Assembly (NCBI GenBank): GCA_037481775.1
Contig: JBBFKZ010000024.1
Coordinates: 1-21,352 of the forward strand
Length of the DNA stretch: 21,352 bases
DNA from: Candidatus Bathyarchaeia archaeon
Lineage (GTDB): Archaea > Thermoproteota > Bathyarchaeia > Bathyarchaeales > Bathycorpusculaceae
Reading direction: 5' to 3'
Shown: piece by piece, positions 1 through 8,917 of the stretch
Position numbering within the stretch: the stretch's first letter is position 1
Layout: every line of letters begins with the position of its first letter
Translations under genes and position numbers: made by a program
The notes under the pieces: model-generated
What the model was told of the DNA's origin: nothing
Seen by the model: the letters and a program-made list of their open reading frames with translations, nothing else
Database searches by the model: none

Positions 1-2007
1 AGTGGCGCCCCGCAATTCTTCTGATAAGCCGAAGGTTTCCGCGACTGGAATATAGCTTGTTATCACCGTGGAGCCGCCTTTTTGCTCGAAACAGGAGATT
101 TTTCCGCGTCGGCTGCTGATTATCCGCGAGCATTCTCCAGCCAACTCGGTTGGCACGGTTATAACTGTGCTATAAACGGGCTCAAGCAGCATAGGCCTTG
201 CGGTCAAAAAGGAGCCGAAAATCGCTTTGCCCACACCCCGCATAACCTCAGCTGGATCCCGCTGTTCCACGTTCTCGCTTAGCTGAATGCTCATTAAGTT
301 GATTTGTATGCCCCGCATTGGCTCTCCACAAAGCGGCCCAGCCTTGCAGGCAAATGTGAAACCAGAAACCACAGAATCCAAAATCTCTCTTATTTGCGCA
401 CAGTTTCCACTACAATCCACGAGCACATTTTGGTAGTCGTCAACCGCAAGCACACCACGCATACCTTTTACGCTGCTTTTATCCTGCTCAAGTTGCCTCA
501 CAAGCGCCTCCTTCAGCGGCACTGCCTGCACGGCAAACTTGTTCTGCTTGTTAGGACTCTTAGCTGTGGCAACGATGCCTTCTTCCGCGGCAGTCTCTCG
601 ATAAACAACTCTCGGAGAAGAGGTCGCTATATCGATGCCGCCAAGCCTTTGTTTTAACTGTTTCACTGCAACCTCAAGATGCAACTCGCCCATTCCGCTT
701 AGAAGGCACTCCCCTGTTTCGCTACTCACTGAAAGAGTAAGATTAGGATCTTCTATTGTGAGACCACTCAGGGCTGTAAGGAGCGCAGGCAAATCCTGTG
801 GTTTTTTAGGTTCGATGGCTACTGTGACCACGGGATCGGACACGTATTGTATATGTTCAAATGGAACAATATCTTCACGGTGCTCTACGGCAACTATGGT
901 TTCGCCGACCTTAGCCAGCGGTAAACCGGATAAAGCAGCAATGTTGCCCGCGCATACCTGGGTAACAGGCTCTCTGAAGGCACCCATGTAAATGTAAACT
1001 TGCTGGATTATACTCTCCGTTTGAGCGTTGATTAGGTAGACGCGGTTTCCGTTTTTCACTATACCAGAAAACACACGCCCAGTGGCAATTAGGCCCACAT
1101 TCGGATATTCTTGAACGTTTGTTACGCAGACAACCGCTGGGCCGTTGTCATCGCAACTTGACATTGCTTGCCCAGCTACAGAGTGCACGCTTCCTTTCCA
1201 GATTTTTTCTATGCGGTACTTCTGCGCTTCCAAGGGGCTTGGAAGATGCTGCACAGCCATGTCCAATATTGCCTTGTAAAGCGGAAGTTTTTCAGCAAGT
1301 TTTTCATACGCAGCATTCTTGTACGCGTCAATTATGGCGCGGAATTTTACGCTATTCTGATGCACCATGCTCAAGGTGAAGCCCCACTTGTGCAGAGCCG
1401 AACCGAAGGCTACATTGCCGCTGGCGGGATTAACTTTCCATTTATCCTTGAATGATGGTTCGCCGTATATTTCGATTAAATCGTTAAAGTCGCGTATTAT
1501 GTAAGAGAATTTTTTCTGAATTTGTTTCTCCGTTAATTTCAACTCGGTTATTAACCGGTCGACTTTGTTTATGAACAGCACAGGGCGCACTCTCTCTTCA
1601 AGCGCTTGGCGGAGAACCACTTCTGTCTGAGCCATAACTTCCTCTACGGCGTCAACCACCACGACGACGCCGTCTATGCTCCGCAGTGCACGGGTTACCT
1701 TGCCCGTGAAATCTACATGCCCAGGCGTGTCCACCAAATTTATTATAAAAGCGTCAGTGGCCGTTTTGTATAGTAGGGATATATTGGCGGTTTTCATGGT
1801 GATGCCCCGCCTCTGTTCCTCTTCAAGGTAGTCGAGCACCCGAGCTGAACCCGCAATCTTCGAAGACAGCAACCCCGCGCCAGCCAGCAACACATCCGTT
1901 AATGTTGTTTTTCCATGATCTATATGCGCAACTATCCCGATGTTTCGAATGAGCTCTTTCCTTGCCATCAGCCTTAGAACATCTTGAATTTGCTTGAATG
2001 TCGGCAT
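1..2007 (-). CDS. Translation elongation factor 2 paralogue (aEF-2p-like GTPase), partial; C-terminus beyond the left edge
   Basis: Manually translated; not in the ORF track. ATG at 2007 (MPTFKQIQDVLRLMARKELIRNIGIV). G1 AHIDHGKTT, G2 RGITMK, G3 DTPGHVDF, G4 NKVD, domain III GMGELHLEV, domain IV GPLCGEPMRG, domain V IPVAETFGLSEELRGAT at the edge. The diphthamide loop reads LSENVEQRDPAEV instead of LHED..HRGPAQ. Confidence 0.92.
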   Translation of the reverse strand, partial: MPTFKQIQDVLRLMARKELIRNIGIVAHIDHGKTTLTDVLLAGAGLLSSKIAGSARVLDYLEEEQRRGITMKTANISLLYKTATDAFIINLVDTPGHVDFTGKVTRALRSIDGVVVVVDAVEEVMAQTEVVLRQALEERVRPVLFINKVDRLITELKLTEKQIQKKFSYIIRDFNDLIEIYGEPSFKDKWKVNPASGNVAFGSALHKWGFTLSMVHQNSVKFRAIIDAYKNAAYEKLAEKLPLYKAILDMAVQHLPSPLEAQKYRIEKIWKGSVHSVAGQAMSSCDDNGPAVVCVTNVQEYPNVGLIATGRVFSGIVKNGNRVYLINAQTESIIQQVYIYMGAFREPVTQVCAGNIAALSGLPLAKVGETIVAVEHREDIVPFEHIQYVSDPVVTVAIEPKKPQDLPALLTALSGLTIEDPNLTLSVSSETGECLLSGMGELHLEVAVKQLKQRLGGIDIATSSPRVVYRETAAEEGIVATAKSPNKQNKFAVQAVPLKEALVRQLEQDKSSVKGMRGVLAVDDYQNVLVDCSGNCAQIREILDSVVSGFTFACKAGPLCGEPMRGIQINLMSIQLSENVEQRDPAEVMRGVGKAIFGSFLTARPMLLEPVYSTVITVPTELAGECSRIISSRRGKISCFEQKGGSTVITSYIPVAETFGLSEELRGAT

Positions 2008-2112
2008 CGACTTACCCAGCTTGAAGATAGCTTTTAGTGAATGATGTTTCCCTATTAAATTTATGAGAAGCGCACATTTTACTTTGTTGCTTTAGAAAGA
2101 AGGGAGAGAAAA

Positions 2113-2874
2113 TTGACAAATACTTCCAAGGTGCAAATCGAAAATCTCAGGGAAGAGCCATACGCCTCAATAATCTGCTATCCAAGAGTAAACGATTCAG
2201 AGCTACAGAACCGCATTGTGGAGCTACGTGAACACGGCGTTAACGAAGTGGAGTTCGCAGGAGCCGCAACAGCCTTTAATGTGCCTGTGCTGGGTAAAGG
2301 CTTCGTCGGCATAGTCGTAATCGCTTACTTGAATGGACAGAGAGCAGCGTTGAAAATTCGCAGAGTAGATACTGACCGCTCAAGTCTCTATCATGAAGCG
2401 CAGATGCTTGCCAAAGCTAACGCTGTGCAGGTTGGACCGAGAGTAATAGGCGTAAGCAAAAACTTTCTCCTGATGCAAATTATTGATGGCGCAGCGCTGT
2501 TGAACTGGCTTGTCACTCACAAAGAAAGAGCACTGGTACACAGAGTCTTAACTGACATCTTGGAACAGTGTTGGCGATTAGATAACATTGGCTTAGACCA
2601 CGGCGAACTCAGCAAAGCGCCAAAGCACCTTATCGTTGACAAGCAGGGGAAGCCGTGGATTGTTGATTTCGAAACTGCGAGCTTAACCAGAAAACCTGCG
2701 AATGTCACCTCTGTTTGTCAGTTTCTTTTTACAAGTAATAGTGCAGTGGCAAGAGCAGCTGCCGAAGTGCTAGGTGGAAAAAATCGCGATGCAATTATTG
2801 ACGCGTTAAGGCTTTACAAGAATAAGCGAACCTTGGAGAATTTTAATCGCGTAACACACGCTTGCCTCACTTGA
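2113..2874 (+). CDS. Archaeal putative Ser/Thr protein kinase (COG2112-like, RIO/Bud32-related fold)
   Basis: Gly loop LGKGFVGIV, ALKIRR lysine, helix-C Glu (HEA), HGELSKAPKH catalytic-loop region, IVDFETA. TTG start after GGGAG. Confidence 0.85.
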   Translation: MTNTSKVQIENLREEPYASIICYPRVNDSELQNRIVELREHGVNEVEFAGAATAFNVPVLGKGFVGIVVIAYLNGQRAALKIRRVDTDRSSLYHEAQMLAKANAVQVGPRVIGVSKNFLLMQIIDGAALLNWLVTHKERALVHRVLTDILEQCWRLDNIGLDHGELSKAPKHLIVDKQGKPWIVDFETASLTRKPANVTSVCQFLFTSNSAVARAAAEVLGGKNRDAIIDALRLYKNKRTLENFNRVTHACLT

Positions 2875-2875
2875 A

Positions 2876-3067
2876 TTAGATTACATAACTTGCTGCTGCT
2901 TTTTCGCCAATTTGGTTTTCTGAGATCAATATGTCTAATTCTTTTGTTAATTGATAGAGGTTCAGCCAGTTTTCGATTTTGCTCTGGCGCTCGATTTTTT
3001 TCTCCTCATATAGCAACGGGATTGTGTTCACGAATAACCAGCTGTAGGTTTCTTTCGCTGTTGCCAA
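2876..3067 (-). CDS. Small hypothetical protein (63 aa)
   Basis: Fills the gap between the kinase and purP with no overlap. TTG start preceded by GGGGAGAAGGG; TATA-like TCTATAAC at ~3124-3131 (minus). No recognisable family. Confidence 0.5.
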   Translation of the reverse strand: MATAKETYSWLFVNTIPLLYEEKKIERQSKIENWLNLYQLTKELDILISENQIGEKAAASYVI

Positions 3068-3095
3068 CCCTTCTCCCCGAACGAGAAAAAGGGTT
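3066..3095 (-). promoter_or_regulatory. 13-bp RNA hairpin covering the RBS and start codon of the 63-aa ORF (alternatively a terminator-associated hairpin of the pur cluster)
   Basis: Minus strand AACCCUUUUUCUC-GUUC-GGGGAGAAGGGUU pairs fully, including three G.U pairs. Confidence 0.45.
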
Positions 3096-3153
3096 CGTGT
3101 GCTTTTATTTTCTATGGAAAAAAGTTATAGAAGATTGTTCTATTCTTCCATTT

Positions 3154-4239
3154 TTACGCAAGGACGTCCTGCAGGCGCCCTTGCGCACGGGCTTCCTTCA
3201 ACTCCAACGCTATGCGCCGTCCCATATACATGTCCGCGCCATATCGCAAATAAGCGTAGGGTGATGTGCCTATGCCAACGTTTGTTCCAGCCACGATGCG
3301 TGCTGAAATCTCAAACGTATAAATCTTTAAGTCATCTGTCACAACCGTCTCAAGGCAGAAGGGCCCGATTATTCCTGGCGGCGCCAGTTCCTTCGCTTTC
3401 CTGTGCACGTTTTCACCCATGCGCAAAAATTCAGGCAATAATGACTCACGGAGTACTATTGGGAAGTTGCCTACTATTGTGTAAGTGGGGTTTGCTTCGA
3501 TTTCCAGCTGCTCGCTGGCGGGAATCTTGCCTATCGCGTCGACAGCTGATTCATAGCGCCTATCCACGGCTAGAAGCTCCACGTCGTCCTTGATTATCGA
3601 GCTGAAGTAGCTGGGGTAAACATTCACGCCCAAAGCATATTCCTGCAGATGAACTTTGCCTATATCCTCTTCGCGGAGGAGACCACGCTTCACCATTTCG
3701 CCGAACTTTTTGTAGAATGACTTGGGCGAGTTAGCTAAAAAGTAGCCGCGGCCGCCCTTAGCGCCAGGTAGCTTAGCGATCACCAGACGGTCGATGTCGT
3801 CAGGCGATTTGAACGTCTCAGGCAATCTGAGCCCTGCTTGACGCAGCCACTCTTCCTGCAATTTGCGGTTAGCCTCCCAGTGAAGAAGCTGGCGGTTTCC
3901 GAACATAGGCACATAAAGGCTATCGGTTAACTGTTCAGTGCTCAAGTAAGCGGTAAACGAGCCGTGCGGGATCAGCACGGTGTTTAAGTTGCGAAGCTTC
4001 TCCTGAAGCGCTGGGCTCAGTAATGCCGTGAAGTCCTTAACGAGAATTAGCTCATCTACTAGGGGAAACTTTTTGTAGAGTATTGCATCCTGCTCTTTAC
4101 AGATGCAGACGGTGCGGAAGCCCTCTTCTTTGGCGCCCTTAAAAATGTTCAGGGAAGAATGCGAACCCAAAGTGCCTATGGCCAGTTTATCCACGTCATA
4201 CTTGCTTAGTATCTCAGCTATATCTTTGTCTGTTATCAA
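3154..4239 (-). CDS. purP: Formate--phosphoribosylaminoimidazolecarboxamide ligase (FAICAR synthetase), ATP-grasp
   Basis: GTLGSHSSL, IPHGSF, P-loop PGAKGGRGYF, GNFP, IGPFCLE, FEISARIVAGTN, MGRRIA. Confidence 0.92.
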   Translation of the reverse strand: MITDKDIAEILSKYDVDKLAIGTLGSHSSLNIFKGAKEEGFRTVCICKEQDAILYKKFPLVDELILVKDFTALLSPALQEKLRNLNTVLIPHGSFTAYLSTEQLTDSLYVPMFGNRQLLHWEANRKLQEEWLRQAGLRLPETFKSPDDIDRLVIAKLPGAKGGRGYFLANSPKSFYKKFGEMVKRGLLREEDIGKVHLQEYALGVNVYPSYFSSIIKDDVELLAVDRRYESAVDAIGKIPASEQLEIEANPTYTIVGNFPIVLRESLLPEFLRMGENVHRKAKELAPPGIIGPFCLETVVTDDLKIYTFEISARIVAGTNVGIGTSPYAYLRYGADMYMGRRIALELKEARAQGRLQDVLA

Positions 4240-5333
4240 GTTACCACTTCCACAAGCCTGCCCGCTTTTATGGCCTGCTTTATCTCCATGGCCACGCGTC
4301 TACCTGGACCAACTTCAAAACCATATTTATACTTCATGTAGGGCGAAGTGGGCTCAACACAGGGGCAACCGGGCACGCGAGGGCTGACATCGAAAACGTA
4401 AAACTCCAAGTCCTTGGTTACAGCGCCCTGCAGAGCGAAAAGCCCAACCATGCCAGGCGGATACTCCTTCTTACATACGTCAACAAAGCGTTCTGCAGCG
4501 GTAAAAACCTTCTCCAGCTGGCTTTCCCGCATGGTCGCACCCATATGCCCGATCTCAATGTTCTGTGCAAGTATATTCAGCTCGAGCTGTTCGCTGGCCG
4601 GCAAATCAAGCACTCCGTCAAGGTCTGTTTGCACTCGGCGGTCAAAGCCTAAAAGATCAATCTCGTCAGTTAAGGGCGACCAGAAAAAGTTAGCGTTGAA
4701 CTTGGCGCCTATAACGTACTCCTCTATAACTGCTTGTTTTAAGGCTTCTTCGCTAATTATTCCCCTTTTTATGCGTTCCGCCGCTTTTTTCTCGTACTCT
4801 TCAGGTGATGAGGCGTAAAAGAATGCGCGTTCTATGGCGCGTGCCTTTTCTGGAACCTTGACGATTACCAAGCGGTCAATTTCGCTGGGCGACTTGAAAA
4901 TCTTAGGCGTAGTTATGCCTGCCTTCTGAAGCAGGTACTGCTGGTTCCGCGGAGTGTTGCGCTCTTCCGTTCGAAGCATGTATCTGTTGCCCATGAGGGG
5001 CACAGCGAATTTTTCTTCGATGTTCTCGTAGCCCGCGTACACTGAGAAGGAGCGGTTCGGAACGAAAATAGTGCATAAGGCAGTTAATTTTTCCACGTTA
5101 CTTTCACTGGTTATATCCGAAAACTTGTCTAAGAGGATTATGTGGTCGAAAAGGTTGCGGTAGTATTTGGTGTAGGTTTTATCTCTGCCCTTTTGGCAGA
5201 CCACAACGGTTTCTAAGCCTTCTTGCTTGGCGCCGGAAGCGATCTCAAGCGCTGAGTGCGAGCCTAAAACGCCAATCCGAATACGGTGAGGATCATAACT
5301 TCTTATTACTTCCTGTATTTTTTCAGCCATCAT
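4236..5333 (-). CDS. PurP-like ATP-grasp paralogue lacking the Gly-rich P-loop
   Basis: GVLGSHSALE, VPNRSF, ERAFF in place of GGRGYF, GLFALQ, FDVSPRVPG, GRRVAMEIK. 4-nt overlaps with both neighbours. Confidence 0.88.
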   Translation of the reverse strand: MMAEKIQEVIRSYDPHRIRIGVLGSHSALEIASGAKQEGLETVVVCQKGRDKTYTKYYRNLFDHIILLDKFSDITSESNVEKLTALCTIFVPNRSFSVYAGYENIEEKFAVPLMGNRYMLRTEERNTPRNQQYLLQKAGITTPKIFKSPSEIDRLVIVKVPEKARAIERAFFYASSPEEYEKKAAERIKRGIISEEALKQAVIEEYVIGAKFNANFFWSPLTDEIDLLGFDRRVQTDLDGVLDLPASEQLELNILAQNIEIGHMGATMRESQLEKVFTAAERFVDVCKKEYPPGMVGLFALQGAVTKDLEFYVFDVSPRVPGCPCVEPTSPYMKYKYGFEVGPGRRVAMEIKQAIKAGRLVEVVT

Positions 5334-6388
5334 TTTTCATCGCCCATGTACTCACGGTATATTTTTATTACTTCTGCAAGCCGTGGCGTGTCAAATAACT
5401 TGCGGTTAGTCATCTCGTTAGCCGCTGCCATATACATTTCGCTTATGACAGTTTTAAGTTGCGAATCAAGCCTCGGCGGCTGTGTCTTGCACAGCGACTT
5501 CCAATCTTTCACGCCTTGCTTCTCAGCGGTTCGCTTCGCTTCTTCCACATCTCGGTACCAGCTTGTTTTCTTGTAGAATTGCCGTGCAACCTCCTTGCTT
5601 ACATGCACACCGCCATAAGTGAAGCGGCACTCATCCAATGTGCCGACAACGTCAACAACCATTAAGCGTCTTTCACTGTCGAATGCCAACTCTATTTTTC
5701 CATCCTCATTCTCAAGACCAGCATGAGACGCAATTCGGCTTATCGCATCGTTCACTTTCTGTAGAAGCGTCTTCACCGCTTTGACTTCCTCGTCGGTTAA
5801 GCCTGCAATTTTCTGGGCTTCTTGCCAAGTCACGTAACGGTCAGTTTCTTCAAGTTTAGTGCTGACGTCAAAAATAGGCTTTGTTAACCGCTCGCCAGGA
5901 CGCGGGTAATGATCCAGCCCCAAGTCTGCGATTGTAACTTTTCCCTGTTCGAGGCGCTTGAACACTGAGGAGCCTTCAGGCAGCCCGTTTCTGTATATTA
6001 TTTCAAGTGGTATCAGGAAATTCTTCAGACTTGGCGTGTAAACGCTGTAGTCGTATTCGAGTTTTCCATGCACCACGTGCGCTTCTGGCTTGTAAACGTT
6101 AACCAAGTTGACCTCCATAATGTTGGTGGGCGCGTCGAGCTCTTCGAAAGTAACAAGCCGCCCATTTTTATCAACTAAACCTCTATAGTGTGTTTCAACG
6201 CCTTTGCTTTCCAGCCATTCGAAGCAGTAGGCACCCATCAAGCAGAGCGCCGCGCCCTTCCCATCTATGTGGTCAGGCATCTCGCCCCAGTCGAAAACCG
6301 AATAGCGGTCTGAAAAGTGAAATCGACCTATGCCCATTGCATCGCGTGTCGGCTTCTGAAGTACTTCTAGATCTTTCACGCTGCCCAT
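5330..6388 (-). CDS. purC: Phosphoribosylaminoimidazolesuccinocarboxamide (SAICAR) synthase, long archaeal type
   Basis: MGSVKDL, FSDRYSVFDWG, GKGAAL, IPLEIIYRN, STKLEETD, DGKIELA, VDVVGTLDECRF, SKEVARQ. Start moved to ATG 6388, which follows an SD-like GGAGGGTG (the track starts at 6427). Confidence 0.93.
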   Translation of the reverse strand: MGSVKDLEVLQKPTRDAMGIGRFHFSDRYSVFDWGEMPDHIDGKGAALCLMGAYCFEWLESKGVETHYRGLVDKNGRLVTFEELDAPTNIMEVNLVNVYKPEAHVVHGKLEYDYSVYTPSLKNFLIPLEIIYRNGLPEGSSVFKRLEQGKVTIADLGLDHYPRPGERLTKPIFDVSTKLEETDRYVTWQEAQKIAGLTDEEVKAVKTLLQKVNDAISRIASHAGLENEDGKIELAFDSERRLMVVDVVGTLDECRFTYGGVHVSKEVARQFYKKTSWYRDVEEAKRTAEKQGVKDWKSLCKTQPPRLDSQLKTVISEMYMAAANEMTNRKLFDTPRLAEVIKIYREYMGDEK

Positions 6389-6460
6389 AATATAAACACC
6401 CTCCATTTCACGCTTCAGTTCGGCCACGAGTATTATCCCTTCTCAGTTTATATTACTTTT

Positions 6461-8047
6461 TTAGCCAAGGCAGTTTCTCAGTTTAGCGGCCTCAAGAAAT
6501 GCTTTTTTCGCTTCCTCATTTTCCCGTTCCAAGTAGGAGATCAGGAAGTTATTTGTGAAGTTTTCATGCTTTCGCTGCATCAGTGTTCTCGGGCCAATTT
6601 TAATTCCTAAGGTTTCTTCGGCGGCTTGGAGGTCCTCCATAACTTTTGCCAGACCAATCTTCAATTGCTCCGGGCTCATGCCAGTTCTTTCAGCTACTTT
6701 CACATGCATATCCATCAGTAGGTTCAAGTTTTCCCAGGAAACATAGCCACCTACAAAGCTTAAGTCATGCTTGAGCATCACATAGTGCTTCTTTACTAGC
6801 TCTAATTCCTTATCGTTTAGCAAACTCAGCGTCTTCAGTCCTATGAATTCCGGTGGCAAGCCCACGCTGTAAAGCGCTGCGGAGAAGGTAATCGCTCTTG
6901 GTAGGCACACGCCCGCCACGCACCTGCTGTAGCCGAATAGACCTATATGCAGTTTCCTTGCTCTTCTCGGAGGAACATAAGCTGCAATGCTGTTCACAAA
7001 CGGCGCCAACGCCTCAATTGTATTCTCATATTGCCGCCTAAATTTCTGAAGTGCCTCACGCAGGATCTCCTCCTCATAAAACTCGATGAGCGTGGCCTCG
7101 CCGTTTGGAAGTTTTTCGTTGAGACTTTTCACGCATGCTTTAACCTGGTCAAGCGGATAATCATATCGCAAGGCAGATTGAATTGTAACTGTTGCCAAAC
7201 CGCGATATTCCTGCAGGAAATAGTCAAGGTTTTCAGGGGACAAGTGGCCGCGGAAAGGCTTGGAGCCTACGCCGATAATTGGATGAATCTTTACCTGCAG
7301 TTCTTGCTCCACCCGCCTAAGCTTTGAGAGCGCTATTTTGGCAAGTAATACTGCGCAGGCAAGCCCGTAGTTAAGCGCTGGATCTGACCGTGCAATGAAA
7401 ACTCTCAATCGGCGGGGTTTTACAGCGTGTATGTAGGGCTTAACTATGTGGTCAATTGCTATGAGACTTTCAAAGTCTTCCACGAGGGGAATCACGTTTA
7501 TGCTCTTAGGCTTAAAAGAGCCAAGCCAATCCTCAACCTTCGTGGCGCCGTCAAGCACTATTTCGCCGTCGGCGGCAATGGACTTTTTGTAGTAGTTACT
7601 AAGCATAAGAAGCTCTTTGCTGTCGGTTGTTAGGGGCAGAATTACCTCGAATATTGGCGTCACAGCTCTATTGTAGAAGGATGAGGCTACATCGTAGGCT
7701 ACAGGGATGTTTTGGAGCGTTTCAACCGCAACTTTCCGCTCTACAACTTCAAGTTTCGGGTTTGGAATTCTGTAAGTTAGGAAAAAATCTTCGCCTAAAG
7801 TGCGCTCACGGAAAAACTCCACATTCCTATTTAACAGCTTCCTTACAACGCGTGTGTCAGCATCTTTACCTTCAGAGTCCCACATCACTTCTTGGCAACC
7901 AAGCATTGCATAAGCGAAATATGCCTCGTAAATTTCCGCATCTCCATCAATTACTTCACCATCACACCATTCTGGAACACGTGCATTGTCAGGATGCTGC
8001 GTCGCCATAGTGCGCGGTATCCTTCTCGCTTCATACTCCTCGCTCAT
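6461..8047 (-). CDS. ppcA: Archaeal-type phosphoenolpyruvate carboxylase
   Basis: IPRTMATQHPDNA, EVMWDSEGK, FLTYRIPNP, IFEVILP, VIPLVED, RVFIARSDPALNYG, GSKPFRGHL, RRARKLHIGLFGYSR, LPRAITF. Start at ATG 8047 after GGAG (alternative TTG 8062). Confidence 0.95.
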   Translation of the reverse strand: MSEEYEARRIPRTMATQHPDNARVPEWCDGEVIDGDAEIYEAYFAYAMLGCQEVMWDSEGKDADTRVVRKLLNRNVEFFRERTLGEDFFLTYRIPNPKLEVVERKVAVETLQNIPVAYDVASSFYNRAVTPIFEVILPLTTDSKELLMLSNYYKKSIAADGEIVLDGATKVEDWLGSFKPKSINVIPLVEDFESLIAIDHIVKPYIHAVKPRRLRVFIARSDPALNYGLACAVLLAKIALSKLRRVEQELQVKIHPIIGVGSKPFRGHLSPENLDYFLQEYRGLATVTIQSALRYDYPLDQVKACVKSLNEKLPNGEATLIEFYEEEILREALQKFRRQYENTIEALAPFVNSIAAYVPPRRARKLHIGLFGYSRCVAGVCLPRAITFSAALYSVGLPPEFIGLKTLSLLNDKELELVKKHYVMLKHDLSFVGGYVSWENLNLLMDMHVKVAERTGMSPEQLKIGLAKVMEDLQAAEETLGIKIGPRTLMQRKHENFTNNFLISYLERENEEAKKAFLEAAKLRNCLG

Positions 8048-8102
8048 ACAATTCTTCTCCAAATGTTGAGAGTAAAAGACTCCACTGTAATTGACTTAAG
8101 GG

Positions 8103-8600
8103 TTATTTTAGGTTTCTAACTTTTTCGTCTGCCGCCTCAAGTTCCTTCTTCTTTTCTCGCTGATAACTTAATATTTGCTGCTCCAAGTCTTTGTCAGTAA
8201 GCGCCAAAATTTTTGCAGCCGCAATCGCTGCGCCTTCAGCCTCAACAGTAACAAGCGAGCCTATGCCACTTGGAACCCTAAGCGACGAGTAAATATCTGC
8301 GCCGCCGAATTTTTCCGAGTACGGCGGACACGCAATAACAGGCCTCGCGGTGTGGGCGTCCACAAAAGCGCTCAACGCATTGGAGCGGCCAGCAACGGTG
8401 ATGTAAACGATTTTCTCCTTTTCATACTCTTTAAGAATTTCCAATACTTTTTCTGGAGTCTTGTGCGCGGAGGCAACCCGGAGTTCGTACTCCACTTTTA
8501 AAATTTTCAGGAATTTGGCTATTTCGCGGCAAAACTCCAAATCCTTCTCTGAACCCATCAGTATTACGGCTTTTCCGTTCACGCGCTTACACCGAGCCAT
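8103..8600 (-). CDS. purE: PurE family AIR carboxylase / N5-CAIR mutase with class II-like signature
   Basis: ILMGSEKD, RVASAHKTP, ITVAGRSNALS, RPVIACPP, DIYSSLRVPSG. Start may be GTG 8582. Confidence 0.92.
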   Translation of the reverse strand: MARCKRVNGKAVILMGSEKDLEFCREIAKFLKILKVEYELRVASAHKTPEKVLEILKEYEKEKIVYITVAGRSNALSAFVDAHTARPVIACPPYSEKFGGADIYSSLRVPSGIGSLVTVEAEGAAIAAAKILALTDKDLEQQILSYQREKKKELEAADEKVRNLK

Positions 8601-8692
8601 GTTATGGCTTATCTCGGTAATTAATTTTTACTGTTGCATGTTTGATGAGAGGTAGGTATTGAGGTAAACGGCATAATCTTTTTGTGTAGACC

Positions 8693-8917
8693 TTAGTTTC
8701 TTTTTATTTTTGTGAGAATAATAACCGCTGTCACGTGTGAGCATCTTCCCTTTTTCATGAATCCCTCACAGCTGCAACTGAGCTTGCCAGTATAATCCTC
8801 AACCACTGTGTAGGTTCCATGGTCACCCATAACGTTGTAGATTCCTGGTCCTAAAGGTTCAACTCTTCGGCTTTCTACGAGCCGTTTAGCCTTTTCATAA
8901 AGCTTGTCAATAGGCAT
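8693..8917 (-). CDS. Small SWIM zinc-finger protein
   Basis: CSC-x8-CSH (CSCEGFMKKGRCSH) preceded by YNVMGDHGTYTV beta strands. Confidence 0.85.
   Translation of the reverse strand: MPIDKLYEKAKRLVESRRVEPLGPGIYNVMGDHGTYTVVEDYTGKLSCSCEGFMKKGRCSHVTAVIILTKIKRN

Noticed and set aside
82-1455. Five plus-strand ORFs in the track (66-118 aa)
   Set aside because: They are shadows antisense to the EF-2 paralogue, which the track missed because its stop lies outside the window.
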